The notes: generated by a model not told the origin, from the sequence alone. Shown: positions 21,459-32,123, numbered from the whole stretch's first letter. The stretch: DNA of 59,071 nt, filler included, from Acidimicrobiia bacterium (GCA_029210695.1; 15 parts of 15 records of this genome joined end to end with filler, not necessarily neighbours in it), one strand, 5' to 3'. Numbers and translations: made by a program.

Positions 21459-21560
21459 GTNNNNNNNNNNNNNNNNNNNNNNNNNNNNNNNNNNNNNNNN
21501 NNNNTTAATTAATTAANNNNNNNNNNNNNNNNNNNNNNNNNNNNNNNNNNNNNNNNNNNN

Positions 21561-21637
21561 ACGCCGGACCTGACCGAACCCCAACCCGGTCCCATCACAC
21601 TGGCGAACCGGTGGTCCCATCAAGCTGGCGAGCGACA
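21561..21637 (+). mobile_element. IS21-family right end
   Basis: Two GGTCCCATCA..CTGGCGA repeats ending GCGACA. Confidence 0.65.
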
Positions 21638-22567
21638 ACCCAGGCGGACGCCGCCCGGAAGTGGGGCGTGGACACCTCGGTGGTGATCAAGCTGCGTCGG
21701 GATGCCAAGGACGCAGCGATGGCGGCGTTTGCTTCTTCTCGGCCGGGCGGATCGCGTGATCCCCGTGATGTCGAGATCGAGATGCTGAAAGCTGAGATCG
21801 CCCGACTGTCCGAGGCGATCAAGGAACAGGCGATCGAGCTGGCGTTGATCCGAGGAAAATCGCGTTGGGCCTGAACCTCGCCCGGGTCCCGCTCCGCTGT
21901 TCAGGCGAGGTCAAAGAGGGCTTGTTGAAGCTGATCGACCAAGCCACCGATGCCGGGTGGTCTCATGCCCGCGCCTGCCGGGTTCTCGGGGTCTCTGATG
22001 TGAGAGCACACCGCTGGCGAGTCCGCCGCCGTATCGTCGGCACGCTCACCGATCTGGCTCCGGGCGGAAACCCGGTCCATCGGATCCTCGATTGGGAACG
22101 CCAAGCAGTGTTGGAGCTGGTCGAAGAATGGGGGCCTGTCGACCGCACCCACCGCAAGCTGGCGAACCGGGGCTCGTATCTGGGTCGAGTGTTTGTGTCT
22201 CCTTCGACAGTGTTACGCATCACAGACGACGCTGGAGTGTCGCTGCCGGGTGAACGGGCCCGACCAGGGAGACCGGCCCCGCAGCTGCCGGAGATCCCCT
22301 GGGAACCCAACCGCATCTGGATATGGGACGCCACCCACTTCACCAGATGCGATCGAGCGGTCTATGCAATCGTCGATGTCGTCTCGAGGTTCTGGATCGA
22401 CACCCTCGTCACCACCGAACAGGCCTCCACCCAGGTGCAGCTGCTGTTCACCCAGGCACTCGAATCCCAGGGGCTGTTGGACCCAGAGGGCCGCCCGATC
22501 AGACGACCCCATGGCGGGGCGGGAGATGACGGGGAGGGTCCGGTGTTGGTGGCCTGGTCGGATAACG
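21638..22567 (+). pseudogene. IS3-like orfA/orfB fragment, cut on both sides by other ISs
   Basis: TQADAARKWGVD; PNRIWIWDATHF..VDVVSR..SDNG, then ISL3-like end GGCGCTTCGGAATTGAGCGGGGTG. Confidence 0.75.
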
Positions 22568-22847
22568 GGCGCTTCGGAATTGAGCGGGGTGTAGGGGTTC
22601 CCGGTTGATTAGGAGGGCTCTGCCAATCTGATGGTTANNNNNNNNNNNNNNNNNNNNNNNNNNNNNNNNNNNNNNNNNNNNTTAATTAATTAANNNNNNN
22701 NNNNNNNNNNNNNNNNNNNNNNNNNNNNNNNNNNNNNCGTCACCGTGGCCGTCACCAGTCTCCAAGAGCACCAACCGGCGCTCCCACCCGAAGGTAAACC
22801 ACTGACAAGTTGCCGCCGGTATACCGGTATACCGGAAAGGTAAGGCG

Positions 22848-23294
22848 ATGGCGCTGGAACGAGGCACGCTCGCCAAGATCGATCGGCGGATCTTCACAGA
22901 ATTGCATCACTGTGAGGGCATGCAGTTGGTGAAGGTCCCCCTGCCAGAGGCGGTATGGTCGACGTGGCGGCGCTACTGCCAAGCGATTGGACTCACGATG
23001 GGAGCAGGCATCGCCGGCCTCATCGATCAAGAACTCGGCGCACTCGTGAGGGAGGACGAGCCTCCTGGAGTGGTGTTCGCTGCGGAGCTGGAGCACCGGC
23101 TGGTTGTCCGGTCTGAGGCTCTCGACATACAGGAACGCCGTCTGGACGAACGAGAGCAGTCACTGAGAGCATCGGAGCGTCTCCTGCGGGCCAGAACCAG
23201 ACCGCTTGAGCTACCGAGCAAGTCGAGTGTCGGTCGGAATGATCGCTGCCCGTGCGGTTCGGGCTACAAGTACAAGCGGTGCCACGGCAACTGA
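22848..23294 (+). CDS. Hypothetical protein with C-terminal SEC-C motif
   Basis: VGRNDRCPCGSGYKYKRCH after a coiled coil. Confidence 0.8.
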   Translation: MALERGTLAKIDRRIFTELHHCEGMQLVKVPLPEAVWSTWRRYCQAIGLTMGAGIAGLIDQELGALVREDEPPGVVFAAELEHRLVVRSEALDIQERRLDEREQSLRASERLLRARTRPLELPSKSSVGRNDRCPCGSGYKYKRCHGN

Positions 23295-23904
23295 TTCGCT
23301 GCTGAGAGAGAGTCAAGACCCTGAAGGTGTTGTGTCAATGGGAATGATTGTGGAACAGGTCGTGGTGTTGATCCAGTGCCTAGCGCAATGACTTGACCAG
23401 TGATACCAGCTCGTCGAGGGACAGGTGCCGAACCTGTTGGGCTACCGGGTCAGCAAGAATCATCGGGGCTTCCTCTAAATACCCTTCATGCTCGGAGCTG
23501 ATGGGATTCCATGCGCCGATGAGAGCATTCACAAACAGGCCCTGAGATGACACCAGGCAGTAGCCTGCCCGATCCCAGGCTTCGATGGCCTCCGGGGTGG
23601 TCTTGCCCCATCCGTCCTCGTAGCTCTGACCTGTCCACCGCAGGAACATCAGTGCGGGTTGGGAGGAATAGTCATCTGGCGTAAGGTAGGTGGAAAGCTG
23701 AATGGTTTTCCCCCCAACGGGCAGGGAACCCTCTGTGTCAACGTTTCGTGAGACGGGTCGTGTAGGTGTATCACTGTGTTGAGAGGGCGGGATGGGAGAA
23801 TCCCNNNNNNNNNNNNNNNNNNNNNNNNNNNNNNNNNNNNNNNNNNNNTTAATTAATTAANNNNNNNNNNNNNNNNNNNNNNNNNNNNNNNNNNNNNNNN
23901 NNNN

Positions 23905-23980
23905 AGAGCCCTCCTCTACGCCGGAAAACCCAACTGGAATCTACTCGCCACCATCACACCCCGCTGAAATCCGATGAGCC
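23905..23980 (+). mobile_element. ISL3-family right end
   Basis: RALLYAGKPNWNLLATITPR*, then terminus ATCCGATGAGCC. Confidence 0.75.
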
Positions 23981-24523
23981 GCCAAAGCGTTGTATTCGGT
24001 TCCGGGGAATCTGATCGGCACCCGGGTCGACGTCCGCGCCGACGCCCAGCTGGTCAAAGTGTTCTCCCGTGGTCAGTTGGTCAAGGTCCACCCCCGTCAG
24101 AAGCCGGGCCACAGGTCGACCGACCCCGAGGATCTGCCGTCGGAGAAGACCGCCTACGCGATGCGGGACCTGGACAAGCTGCAGAGGATGGCCGCATCGT
24201 ATGGCCTGGCCATCGGCGTCTACGCAACCGCCCTGTTGGACATCCCTCTGCCCTGGACGAAGATGCGTCAGGTTTACGCCCTCCTGGGATTGGTCAAAAA
24301 GTGGGGTGCGGAACGTGTCGACGCCGCCTGTCAAAGGGCTCTCGACGCCGAGGCGGTCAACGTTCCACTCATCGGACGGATGCTCGAACGAGGCACCGAA
24401 ACCGGCGCCGAGACCGAAGACCGCGGAACCCAGCTGCCCACCAATGTCGTCGCTCCACGGTTCGTCCGAGACGACAGCCACTTCGCCGTCCGCACCGGCA
24501 CCACCAGCGAGGAGGTGAACTGA
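23981..24523 (+). pseudogene. istA: IS21 transposase IstA, 3' part
   Basis: YSVPGNLIG..VDVRAD; GAERVDAACQRAL. Confidence 0.85.
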
Positions 24524-24892
24524 TGGCCACTCCGATGGTGACACCGGAACTGAAGGCGCTGCTGCGGCGGGTCAAACTGGGCCAGTGTCTCGACACACTC
24601 CCCGAACGGCTCGCCCTCGCTCAAACCAGCCAGCTGGGTCACGCCGAGTTTCTCGAACTGGTCTTGGCCGATGAGGTCACCCGCCGGGAAAACACGTCCG
24701 CGGCGCGGCGAGCCAAGACAGCAGGTCTCGACCCGGCCATGACCCTGGACCGTTGGGACGACACCGCCAACATCACCTACGACCGGGCGGTCTGGAACGA
24801 GCTCTGCTCCCTACGGTTCGTCGAATCCGGCCACAACGCCATCATCATGGGACCGGTCGGGGTCGGCAAGACCTTCCTCGCCACCGCCTTAG
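24523..24892 (+). pseudogene. istB: IS21 helper ATPase IstB, truncated by IS1380
   Basis: LRRVKLG..EFLELVLADE..GPVGVGKTFLATAL. Confidence 0.88.
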
Positions 24893-24964
24893 CCTGGATC
24901 CACCGGTCTGATCGGTGTCTGACGGTTGGGATTGACATAGAAAATGCCTTCTGACCTGGGAGAA
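24893..24964 (+). mobile_element. IS1380-family left end
   Basis: CCTGGATCCACCGG...; identical copy starting at 58995. Confidence 0.7.
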
Positions 24965-25141
24965 NNNNNNNNNNNNNNNNNNNNNNNNNNNNNNNNNNNN
25001 NNNNNNNNTTAATTAATTAANNNNNNNNNNNNNNNNNNNNNNNNNNNNNNNNNNNNNNNNNNNNAGGGATTCTCCCATCCCGCCCTCTCAACACAGTGAT
25101 ACACCTACACGACCCGTCTCACGAAACGTTGACACAGAGGG

Positions 25142-25979
25142 AGCTGAGGATCACGACCTCGGTCGAGCTCCTCACCTCGATCACTTCTGGGTGGGTCGTT
25201 GGTTGACCACGAAGAGCCGCACCTAGGGCTGCGTGCTCGTCGAGGAGACCCGTGATGAAGCTCAGCTGTGGCTCCGTCAACACCTGTTCCAGCAGCGGGC
25301 TGGAGGGATTGGGCGGATCCCAGAAGTCCGCCTCGGCCTCGTAGTACGCCTGGTATCCCTGAATCGCGGCGTCGGCCATCTCTCGTGGTACGCAGCCCGA
25401 TGCGCTCCGAATCCGGACCGCATCGACCTTCCAACCTTGGTCCGATCTGACCAGGTCAGCCTCGTACCAGACGCCGACATTGTCAGTGAATGACGGAGCC
25501 AGCAGCACGCAGTCCTCGATGGTGGCGCTATTCCCCTGCTCGGCCGTGACAGTCGGGTGTAGCGACACATCAGTCTCGATCGGGCCTTGTCCGGACTCGC
25601 GCTGCCGTTCGAAGAGAACAGTCGCGCCTTCGACAACCTGCGCCGATGCGACTGCCTCAAGCGGCGCGGGATCGAGATCCTCGGAAGCCCGGACCTCGGT
25701 CCACGCCTCCCAATACGACGACCACGCCGCCTCAACGCCGGTATCTGTCGGAAGCTCCGTCGTCGAGGTCGTAGCCGCCGATGTGGACGTTGACGTTGCC
25801 GGCGGGTCGGCTGTGGTCGTGGTGGAAGTCGACGATGTGGGCACAGGCGTGGTCGTGGTCGTCGTGCCCGCCGCGTCCGTACAGGCGCCGAGCGCCAGCA
25901 GCGCCGCCAAGGCAACGCTGACAACAGACGGCGGCCGGAAAGGACCACCGAACCCCGCTAACGAGCGTCGTGTGCTCAT
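25142..25979 (-). pseudogene. Lipoprotein with Thr-rich linker, 3'-truncated by the IS3-like element
   Basis: Lipobox LGAC, poly-Thr linker, two similar domains; IS end at 25141. Confidence 0.75.
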
Positions 25980-26594
25980 ACAGCTACTCCCCGTGGCTAT
26001 CAACCCTACGCTCCTCGAACCAGATCTGGGCAGGTGGAACGCGATCGTGCATGTCTCCCTGTAAGGGGCGCGGGTGCCCGAGAGACGCGACAACCCTGTC
26101 ATTTCGATGTCACAGACCCTCCAACCGCTGCTGGAGGGTGTGCAACGCCAAAGAACCGCCAGCCTCATGCCCGGACGATCCCACGACACCCTGTCACCAG
26201 AGTGTCAGCAACCCTGTCAGAAACCCTCCAACGACCGTATCGGGACCGTCGTTTCGGCCGATCTTGCCTTTTGGGCCGGGATGGACACCTGGATGATCGT
26301 GGTCCTCCCCGCAACCGGTGAGCGGGCGCCACACCGACACCCGGGTGACACGCCCGCGATGGATCATCGCTGAGATGGCGGCTGTAATAAGAGCGGCGCC
26401 TCGTCGGCCTGTCGATCGCCACCAGGGAGATCCCGGACATGCGACGGTGTCGCCGTTTGATCGCGTGACTTCGTGATCGTGCGTTCGCTCCGACTGGTCG
26501 TCCCGCTCGCGCTGTTGGTTGACCAGGGAGACAGTGAACACCAGACCCACGTCGCAGATGTTCAAGACCGTGGTTGCACCGGCACGGCCGCTCC

Positions 26595-27353
26595 CTAGCT
26601 GGCCAGCAGCTGAACCTGAAACTGGCGGGGAAGGAGGTCGTGAAGCCCCAGCTCATCCACGAGCCGAGCTAGGTTCTGCCAGACCCGCCGTCGTATGGCT
26701 TCGGGACGGAATCCAAGTTCGTCGGCGAGCCGACGCTCGACGATGCTCACGTTGCCCGGCCGTCGGGGTGGCTCCTCCCCACGGTCGCCAAACGGATGAT
26801 CCGTCTCAGTGAGAATCCTATCGAGTGGAACAAGGCGCAGAGCGGCCCATTTCCCCACCTGTGATGCGTTCACCGAGAAGTATGCACCAAGGTCGACCGC
26901 GCGCTCGGTTGCCGCGTCGTTGCCGAGCCACCAGTGCAGCACAACGCCCTCAGGCCGATGCCGCTCGAGGATGTCAAGCACTTCCTTCGTGGCGCGGTAA
27001 CTATGTACCGAGACGATTCGAGGTGTTTCGGCAAGCACGCCGATCACCTGATCGAACACATCTTTCTGAGCGTCGAGCGGCACCCTCGCGCTGCCGTCGA
27101 GCCCGACCTCACCAACAACCGCGGTGGCGGCAAGCGCGGCTCTAAGGACATGAGGTGAGAAGGTCCGGACTGCTCTGGCTAGGCCCGGATGGCAGCCCAC
27201 ACCCCACGCGACGGCACGATCCGTACGCATTTCGACTTCCCGGAACTCCGCAAGGCTCCGAGTGACCGACACGATGCAAGCACGTAGATGGTCAAGTTCG
27301 GCCGGGGCTATGCCCGACTCGATGTGTGCGTGCATGTCGAGCGGCAGCAACAC
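26595..27353 (-). CDS. qatD: QatD, TatD-family nuclease
   Basis: LDMHAH, GCHP, GEVGLD, SVHS, LHW, ETDHPF; last gene of the four-gene operon. Confidence 0.9.
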   Translation of the reverse strand: MLLPLDMHAHIESGIAPAELDHLRACIVSVTRSLAEFREVEMRTDRAVAWGVGCHPGLARAVRTFSPHVLRAALAATAVVGEVGLDGSARVPLDAQKDVFDQVIGVLAETPRIVSVHSYRATKEVLDILERHRPEGVVLHWWLGNDAATERAVDLGAYFSVNASQVGKWAALRLVPLDRILTETDHPFGDRGEEPPRRPGNVSIVERRLADELGFRPEAIRRRVWQNLARLVDELGLHDLLPRQFQVQLLAS

Positions 27354-28667
27354 CTAGGTGACCCGTGCGAGGTCCGGCAGGATGTCCACAACCGCCGCAA
27401 GCTCTTTCAGTCCGCGATTGGCGACGTCGAGGGCATCACCAACCAACACGTGATCGGGCAATCCCGCTGACAGTAGATCGGCGGCGCTCACCCCTCGACC
27501 CCCTGCGTATCGGACCGTCAGGATCTCCCGGCGCGCGGCGCTCCGAAGCCGAGCAGGCTGACTCCCAGGATTGATCGCCGTGTGGAGATAGGTCGTCTGG
27601 TCCTCCAACCCGGCGGCAAGAAACGCCGACCGACGCACCAGACAGCCGAAGCAGACTCCACATTGAGTGTCCGGGCTAAGGCCCGTCCCGGTTGCCCAGC
27701 GAACGTGGGCGCATGAGTGCGACATAGAGAGCAGCTTCGAGGCCGGACCAGCCCCGAGTAGACCCGCAACCTCGGTGTACATCTGGCCCTTCGTCATCTT
27801 CTCGAACGGGTTGGCCAGCTCGCCGTATCCACCAAGGCTCGCAGTCACCCTCTGGATGTTGTTGAGCACGACAGGATGTGTTGTGCGGGTGGAGAGCGCG
27901 CCTCGACGCTCCCCGGCGAGCGGAGGATTCAGCGCGGCATAGCCGTTCTCGGCGACCCATAGGGGCACCCGCGGTTCGATGGATGCGTGGGCAAGACCCA
28001 ACGAAATAAAGAGCAGGCTGCGGCTGCGGCGTGTGGGCTCGTCGCCGAAGGTTCCGCCCCCGAGCTGATTCGAACGACGCTGGAGCTGATGTTGGCGCAG
28101 GTGAACCTGATCCGGGAATCGTCGAGCAAGCCACCGGGCAAGCCGCGTCTGGTAGGCCGAATGGCCGGCCCAATCCCAATGCGAGATGAGTAGCAGACGC
28201 TCACCAGCCGCGAGTGATCGGACTGCACCGCAGAGTGAGTCGGCGCCACCGCTGAATAACAGCACTCGGTCGACCTCGGGCCGCTCTGACAGCCGCTGGG
28301 GCTTCCTCGCCGCTCGTCTGCGGAATGTGAGCATCCACCCGTCGGCCGACAGTATCTCCAGCGTCTTAGCGAGCTCCTCGCTTACGCGCTCCCAACGATC
28401 GACATCGAACACGGGCAAGTGGAGATCGATGTCCCGGGCCCAGCCCTTCGATGGTCGCCTCACGGTTCGATCGGCCAGGAACACCAACACCGCCAGCGCC
28501 ACAAGATCGGTATTCGCATCACCAACGTCGCCGATGGCCGCCAGCTGCGGGTCAAGCGTGGTGCGGAACGAAGTCTCCCTGGATGCCGACCGCCATAGGA
28601 ACTCCGTAGTCGTCAGGGGCCGCGCTCGCGGCCACTTGCCGTCGATGATAAGTCGACGAGCGGTCAT
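27354..28667 (-). CDS. qatC: QatC, QueC-like protein
   Basis: LFSGGADS, ENG...STRTTHP, NPF..TKG, SC..CGVCFGCLVRR. Confidence 0.92.
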   Translation of the reverse strand: MTARRLIIDGKWPRARPLTTTEFLWRSASRETSFRTTLDPQLAAIGDVGDANTDLVALAVLVFLADRTVRRPSKGWARDIDLHLPVFDVDRWERVSEELAKTLEILSADGWMLTFRRRAARKPQRLSERPEVDRVLLFSGGADSLCGAVRSLAAGERLLLISHWDWAGHSAYQTRLARWLARRFPDQVHLRQHQLQRRSNQLGGGTFGDEPTRRSRSLLFISLGLAHASIEPRVPLWVAENGYAALNPPLAGERRGALSTRTTHPVVLNNIQRVTASLGGYGELANPFEKMTKGQMYTEVAGLLGAGPASKLLSMSHSCAHVRWATGTGLSPDTQCGVCFGCLVRRSAFLAAGLEDQTTYLHTAINPGSQPARLRSAARREILTVRYAGGRGVSAADLLSAGLPDHVLVGDALDVANRGLKELAAVVDILPDLARVT

Positions 28668-29482
28668 GATGAAGGTCCTCCGACGCGTTCGAGACTTCCG
28701 AGCGCTGAAGCGATCGCGGTCTCGAAGTCACCAGCGGTAAGTGGTCTGTCATCCGGAAGGCCACCAGCTTCGACGGTCGCCTCCAGCGCGGCCCGCATCT
28801 CGGCCTCGACGCGCCTGCTGTCGTAGCCGTTGGCTGCATGGTTGCGAATGGTCGGACCGGCTTCAGTGATCCAAACCTGCCAGACATACTCGACGACCCA
28901 ACGATTCGCCAGGTCGATAGGCAAGGGCTCGGACTCTTCATTCAGGGCCCACAGAATCAGCTCGGCGTTGGCCAGCCGCAACTCGCTTTCATTAACTCCA
29001 CCGCTTGGCCCCATTGCGGCTTCAAGCAGGCGCTTGGCTTGCTCATGCCTCGGTAAGCCGGTCAGCTCGTCCAGCGACAGCCCGAGCTCTTGTAGCGCAC
29101 CTGCGTGGCCGCCTCGCAGACCGTACACACCAACTGCTGCCCGACCGCCGACTGACGATGCGCGGGCGGTCGAACGTCCGCGTCCTCCACCTTGGGTACC
29201 GGAGCCGCGCCCGACGCCTCCTCCACCGCCGGTGCCTCCACCTCCACTTGACATGGCAAGGCGACGGCCGAGGCGACCGACCAGAGTCGCGAGCGCTGGG
29301 CTCATCGGTCGGCGATCCCCTGAGCCAGGCGGAGCAGTGTCAACCGGAGTAGGCGTGTCAGCTGGATCCCCGTCGCCAGATCCGCTTCCCGCTCCACCGC
29401 CACCGCTGTCAAGCCACTCCTGAGTCTGGCTGCCAATGCCTGACCAGCCAGCGGATCCGCCGTACGCACCGGACGTTCCCAC
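28664..29482 (-). CDS. qatB: QatB
   Basis: MGTSGAYGG N-terminus, Gly-rich; lies between the KAP ATPase and QueC-like genes. Confidence 0.85.
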   Translation of the reverse strand: MGTSGAYGGSAGWSGIGSQTQEWLDSGGGGAGSGSGDGDPADTPTPVDTAPPGSGDRRPMSPALATLVGRLGRRLAMSSGGGGTGGGGGVGRGSGTQGGGRGRSTARASSVGGRAAVGVYGLRGGHAGALQELGLSLDELTGLPRHEQAKRLLEAAMGPSGGVNESELRLANAELILWALNEESEPLPIDLANRWVVEYVWQVWITEAGPTIRNHAANGYDSRRVEAEMRAALEATVEAGGLPDDRPLTAGDFETAIASALGSLERVGGPSS

Positions 29483-29485
29483 CTG

Positions 29486-31195
29486 CTACGTCTCCCTCAG
29501 GGCTTCGCGGCCAGCGTTGCGAACCAGATCACTCACGTCGGGACTGTCGACCCACTCGCGTACTAGCGCCTGAAACTCGGCTGGCTGATTCTGCGCAAGG
29601 AGCGCTATCGGTACTCCAGCAGTGATCGCTCCGTGCGCCATCCGCCTCAGCTCATCGACCACGGTGCCCGCCACACCAGCTGTCACCGCCAACCCAGAGA
29701 TCGATTCGGCAAGCGCCTTCTGGGCGTCGGGAGCCCGCTGCTGGCGAAGCGAGACCGCGAGGAAGCCAGCGATCGCCGCCTGTTTCGCGTCGTCAAGCTT
29801 GAGCGCCTCCTTCAAGCCCTGACGTCGCTTCACTGCCGATGCCTCGCCCAGGTCCGAGGCAATCGGACGCAGTTCCGCAGGAAGCGAGGCGGCCTCGATG
29901 GTCTCTCCGCGTAGAGATGCCGCGAGGAGGAGGTATTGGGACAGATCCTCGCCGGAGAGGTCAGGCGGAAGCTGGCCCCACTCGCGCACGCCCTGACTGT
30001 GGTCACCCCCGCCCTTCTCGAGTTCGGCGACCTTCTCGGCGACGGAGCCCGCTGCCAGCCAGCTCAGCATCTGGCCGAATAGCTCGGGGTAGTGCAGTTC
30101 GGCGAGCATCAGCTTGGCGAGGGCGTCGGGGTGCAACACGATGCCACGGGCCGATGCGAAGGACATCCGGAGCCAGTACGCATTCAGGAACCGTTTGAGA
30201 CGACGGGGGTTGCCAGCGCTTTGGCGATGCAACAGAGGTGTCAACTGCTGCGCAAGCACAATGTCTGCGCGTCGATCGTCGGGCATCGTATCGCCGAGTC
30301 GCTCAGTGATCCGGCCGCAGGCGGACGGCCGCGTGGCCTTGATTCGGTCGACCGCGGCGTCAACCTGATCGACGTCCGCCAGCATTAGGAGCGCCAAGTA
30401 CTCCTCTGTATGTTCCCTGCTGAGAGCGGGGACGCGCACGGGAACCTGGACGATCTTCTCCATGTACTGCCGAGCGGTGATCGGCTGCCCGGTGGTGGCG
30501 AGGCGGCGCCCGATCGCATTGGCTACGTTGTCCTCGTCGGCTGCGATCACGAAGGCCATCCGCTTGACGGATAGGAAGAGCTTGATGGCCTCCAGGGTCT
30601 CGACGACGGTATCTGGCAACGACCGGTCGAGGTCGTCCACGAGCACGACTACCCGTTCGAGTGGGGCGAGCTTCGGATCCTGCATTAGTGCTTCGAACTG
30701 CGAGCGGAACCCCTGCAACGTTGGGTCCGAGGGTTCCGCCTTGTCCTCGGCGTTTTCGTCGAACAGATCGATCAGGCTGCCGACGCCAGGAAGCGTGGCC
30801 GTCAATGCAGACGAGGCAGCCAGCTTCATGGCCTTCGCAAACTTCACTCGACGGCGCAGCTTGTGGAGCGCGTCCTTGACGGCATCAAACCGTGACTGGT
30901 TCTTCTTGAGCGCAGCCTCGAGCCCACCGAGGACCTCGTCGATTAGTCCCGTAGTGGGGTCGGTCTTGTTGTCGTACTCCCAGGGACTGACGAAGAGACA
31001 GAGCACGTCCTCGCGATCGGCGAGCCGCTTCTTGAGTAGGTGGAGAACGGTGGTCTTGCCGCCGCCCCACGGTGCGTTCACCCCGACTGTAACCGGATCG
31101 AGATCGCGGCGGCGGACGATTTCATCGACGACGTCGACGACGTCCTCGAAGCCCAGCAAGTCGACTGTGCTCGGGTTGTCGTCCCGAAGTGGCAT
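29486..31195 (-). CDS. qatA: QatA, KAP-family P-loop NTPase
   Basis: DNPSTVDLLGF, APWGGGKTT, VVLVDDLDR, LEAIKLFL, YMEKIVQVP, GNPRRLKRFLN. Confidence 0.92.
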   Translation of the reverse strand: MPLRDDNPSTVDLLGFEDVVDVVDEIVRRRDLDPVTVGVNAPWGGGKTTVLHLLKKRLADREDVLCLFVSPWEYDNKTDPTTGLIDEVLGGLEAALKKNQSRFDAVKDALHKLRRRVKFAKAMKLAASSALTATLPGVGSLIDLFDENAEDKAEPSDPTLQGFRSQFEALMQDPKLAPLERVVVLVDDLDRSLPDTVVETLEAIKLFLSVKRMAFVIAADEDNVANAIGRRLATTGQPITARQYMEKIVQVPVRVPALSREHTEEYLALLMLADVDQVDAAVDRIKATRPSACGRITERLGDTMPDDRRADIVLAQQLTPLLHRQSAGNPRRLKRFLNAYWLRMSFASARGIVLHPDALAKLMLAELHYPELFGQMLSWLAAGSVAEKVAELEKGGGDHSQGVREWGQLPPDLSGEDLSQYLLLAASLRGETIEAASLPAELRPIASDLGEASAVKRRQGLKEALKLDDAKQAAIAGFLAVSLRQQRAPDAQKALAESISGLAVTAGVAGTVVDELRRMAHGAITAGVPIALLAQNQPAEFQALVREWVDSPDVSDLVRNAGREALRET

Positions 31196-31311
31196 CGCCT
31201 GATGGGAGGTAGTCCGCGCTCCGCTCATCGGCCGGCAACACTCCCTCGAGTCGGTCGGCCCCATCTCGCAGGCCAGACATCTTGTATCGGCACGACAGCC
31301 CGGCTCATGGA

Positions 31312-31509
31312 TCAGCAATCGTCGTTTCGGCGGATCTTCTTATCAGCGCCAGCGAACTCCCCGGCGATGATCCGATCTGCCATGTTGCGCGCGTCGGCCT
31401 CGTTCTCGTAGCCCTGACTCCCGTCAGTTGCGATGACTTGCCCATTGTCGGCAGTGAGTTGCCACGCCCACCTGCAGTCCTTGCGCTGGTACAGCAGTCG
31501 AGTTGCCAT
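31312..31509 (-). CDS. DUF1508/YegP-like small protein
   Basis: WAWQLTADNGQVIATDGSQGYENEADA. Confidence 0.85.
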   Translation of the reverse strand: MATRLLYQRKDCRWAWQLTADNGQVIATDGSQGYENEADARNMADRIIAGEFAGADKKIRRNDDC

Positions 31510-31514
31510 GAGGG

Positions 31515-31760
31515 CTACCTCCGGTCTCGGGGTGGGTAGGGGTCATTGCCGGGGGCCACCGTGTCCGAATCTCGGATCCGACCGTCTCGGCCGTGTATCA
31601 CAACCTCGCCGCCGCCGACGTTGCCGACGATCTCGCGAGCGCGGCCTATCGCATCGGCCTGTGTGCCGTGGTGACTGCTGGCGCGTTCGGCATTGGGTGC
31701 AACGACGTCCCAGCCGCCTTCGGGGTTCGGTACGACGTGGCGATCGCTTGGCTTGCTCAT
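31515..31760 (-). CDS. DUF2188 small protein
   Basis: RHVVPNPEGGWDV...TQADAI..AREI...EVVIHGRDGRIRDSD. Confidence 0.88.
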   Translation of the reverse strand: MSKPSDRHVVPNPEGGWDVVAPNAERASSHHGTQADAIGRAREIVGNVGGGEVVIHGRDGRIRDSDTVAPGNDPYPPRDRR

Positions 31761-32123
31761 TGGTACAGTGCTCCTTTCCGCCTCATAGAGAACCGCTCGA
31801 CAGTCTGGACCTGGTCCCATCGGGGCTCGGGATTACCGGAAACCACGCGGGATTCCGTCACCTCAGATTACACGCGTGTTGTTTATGGTGGAACACTTTT
31901 CCGCGGACGGACGCAGCATGGGGTCAACCCCGTGCGAGTCCCGTGTGACTCCATTTATCAGATTGTCACGGCCTGTCAGCAGCCCTGTCACAGATCCTGT
32001 CACAAACCCTCCAACTGCACATGTAGCCGGCAGTTTTGGCCGATGAGACAGGACACTTTGTGACCCACCGTCTGGGCACTCTGGTAACAGTCCGATGACA
32101 GGGTCGGTCCTCACGATGCAGCC

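Noticed and set aside
22848..23294. secA
   Set aside because: Only the short SEC-C motif in a 148-aa protein; no ATPase domain
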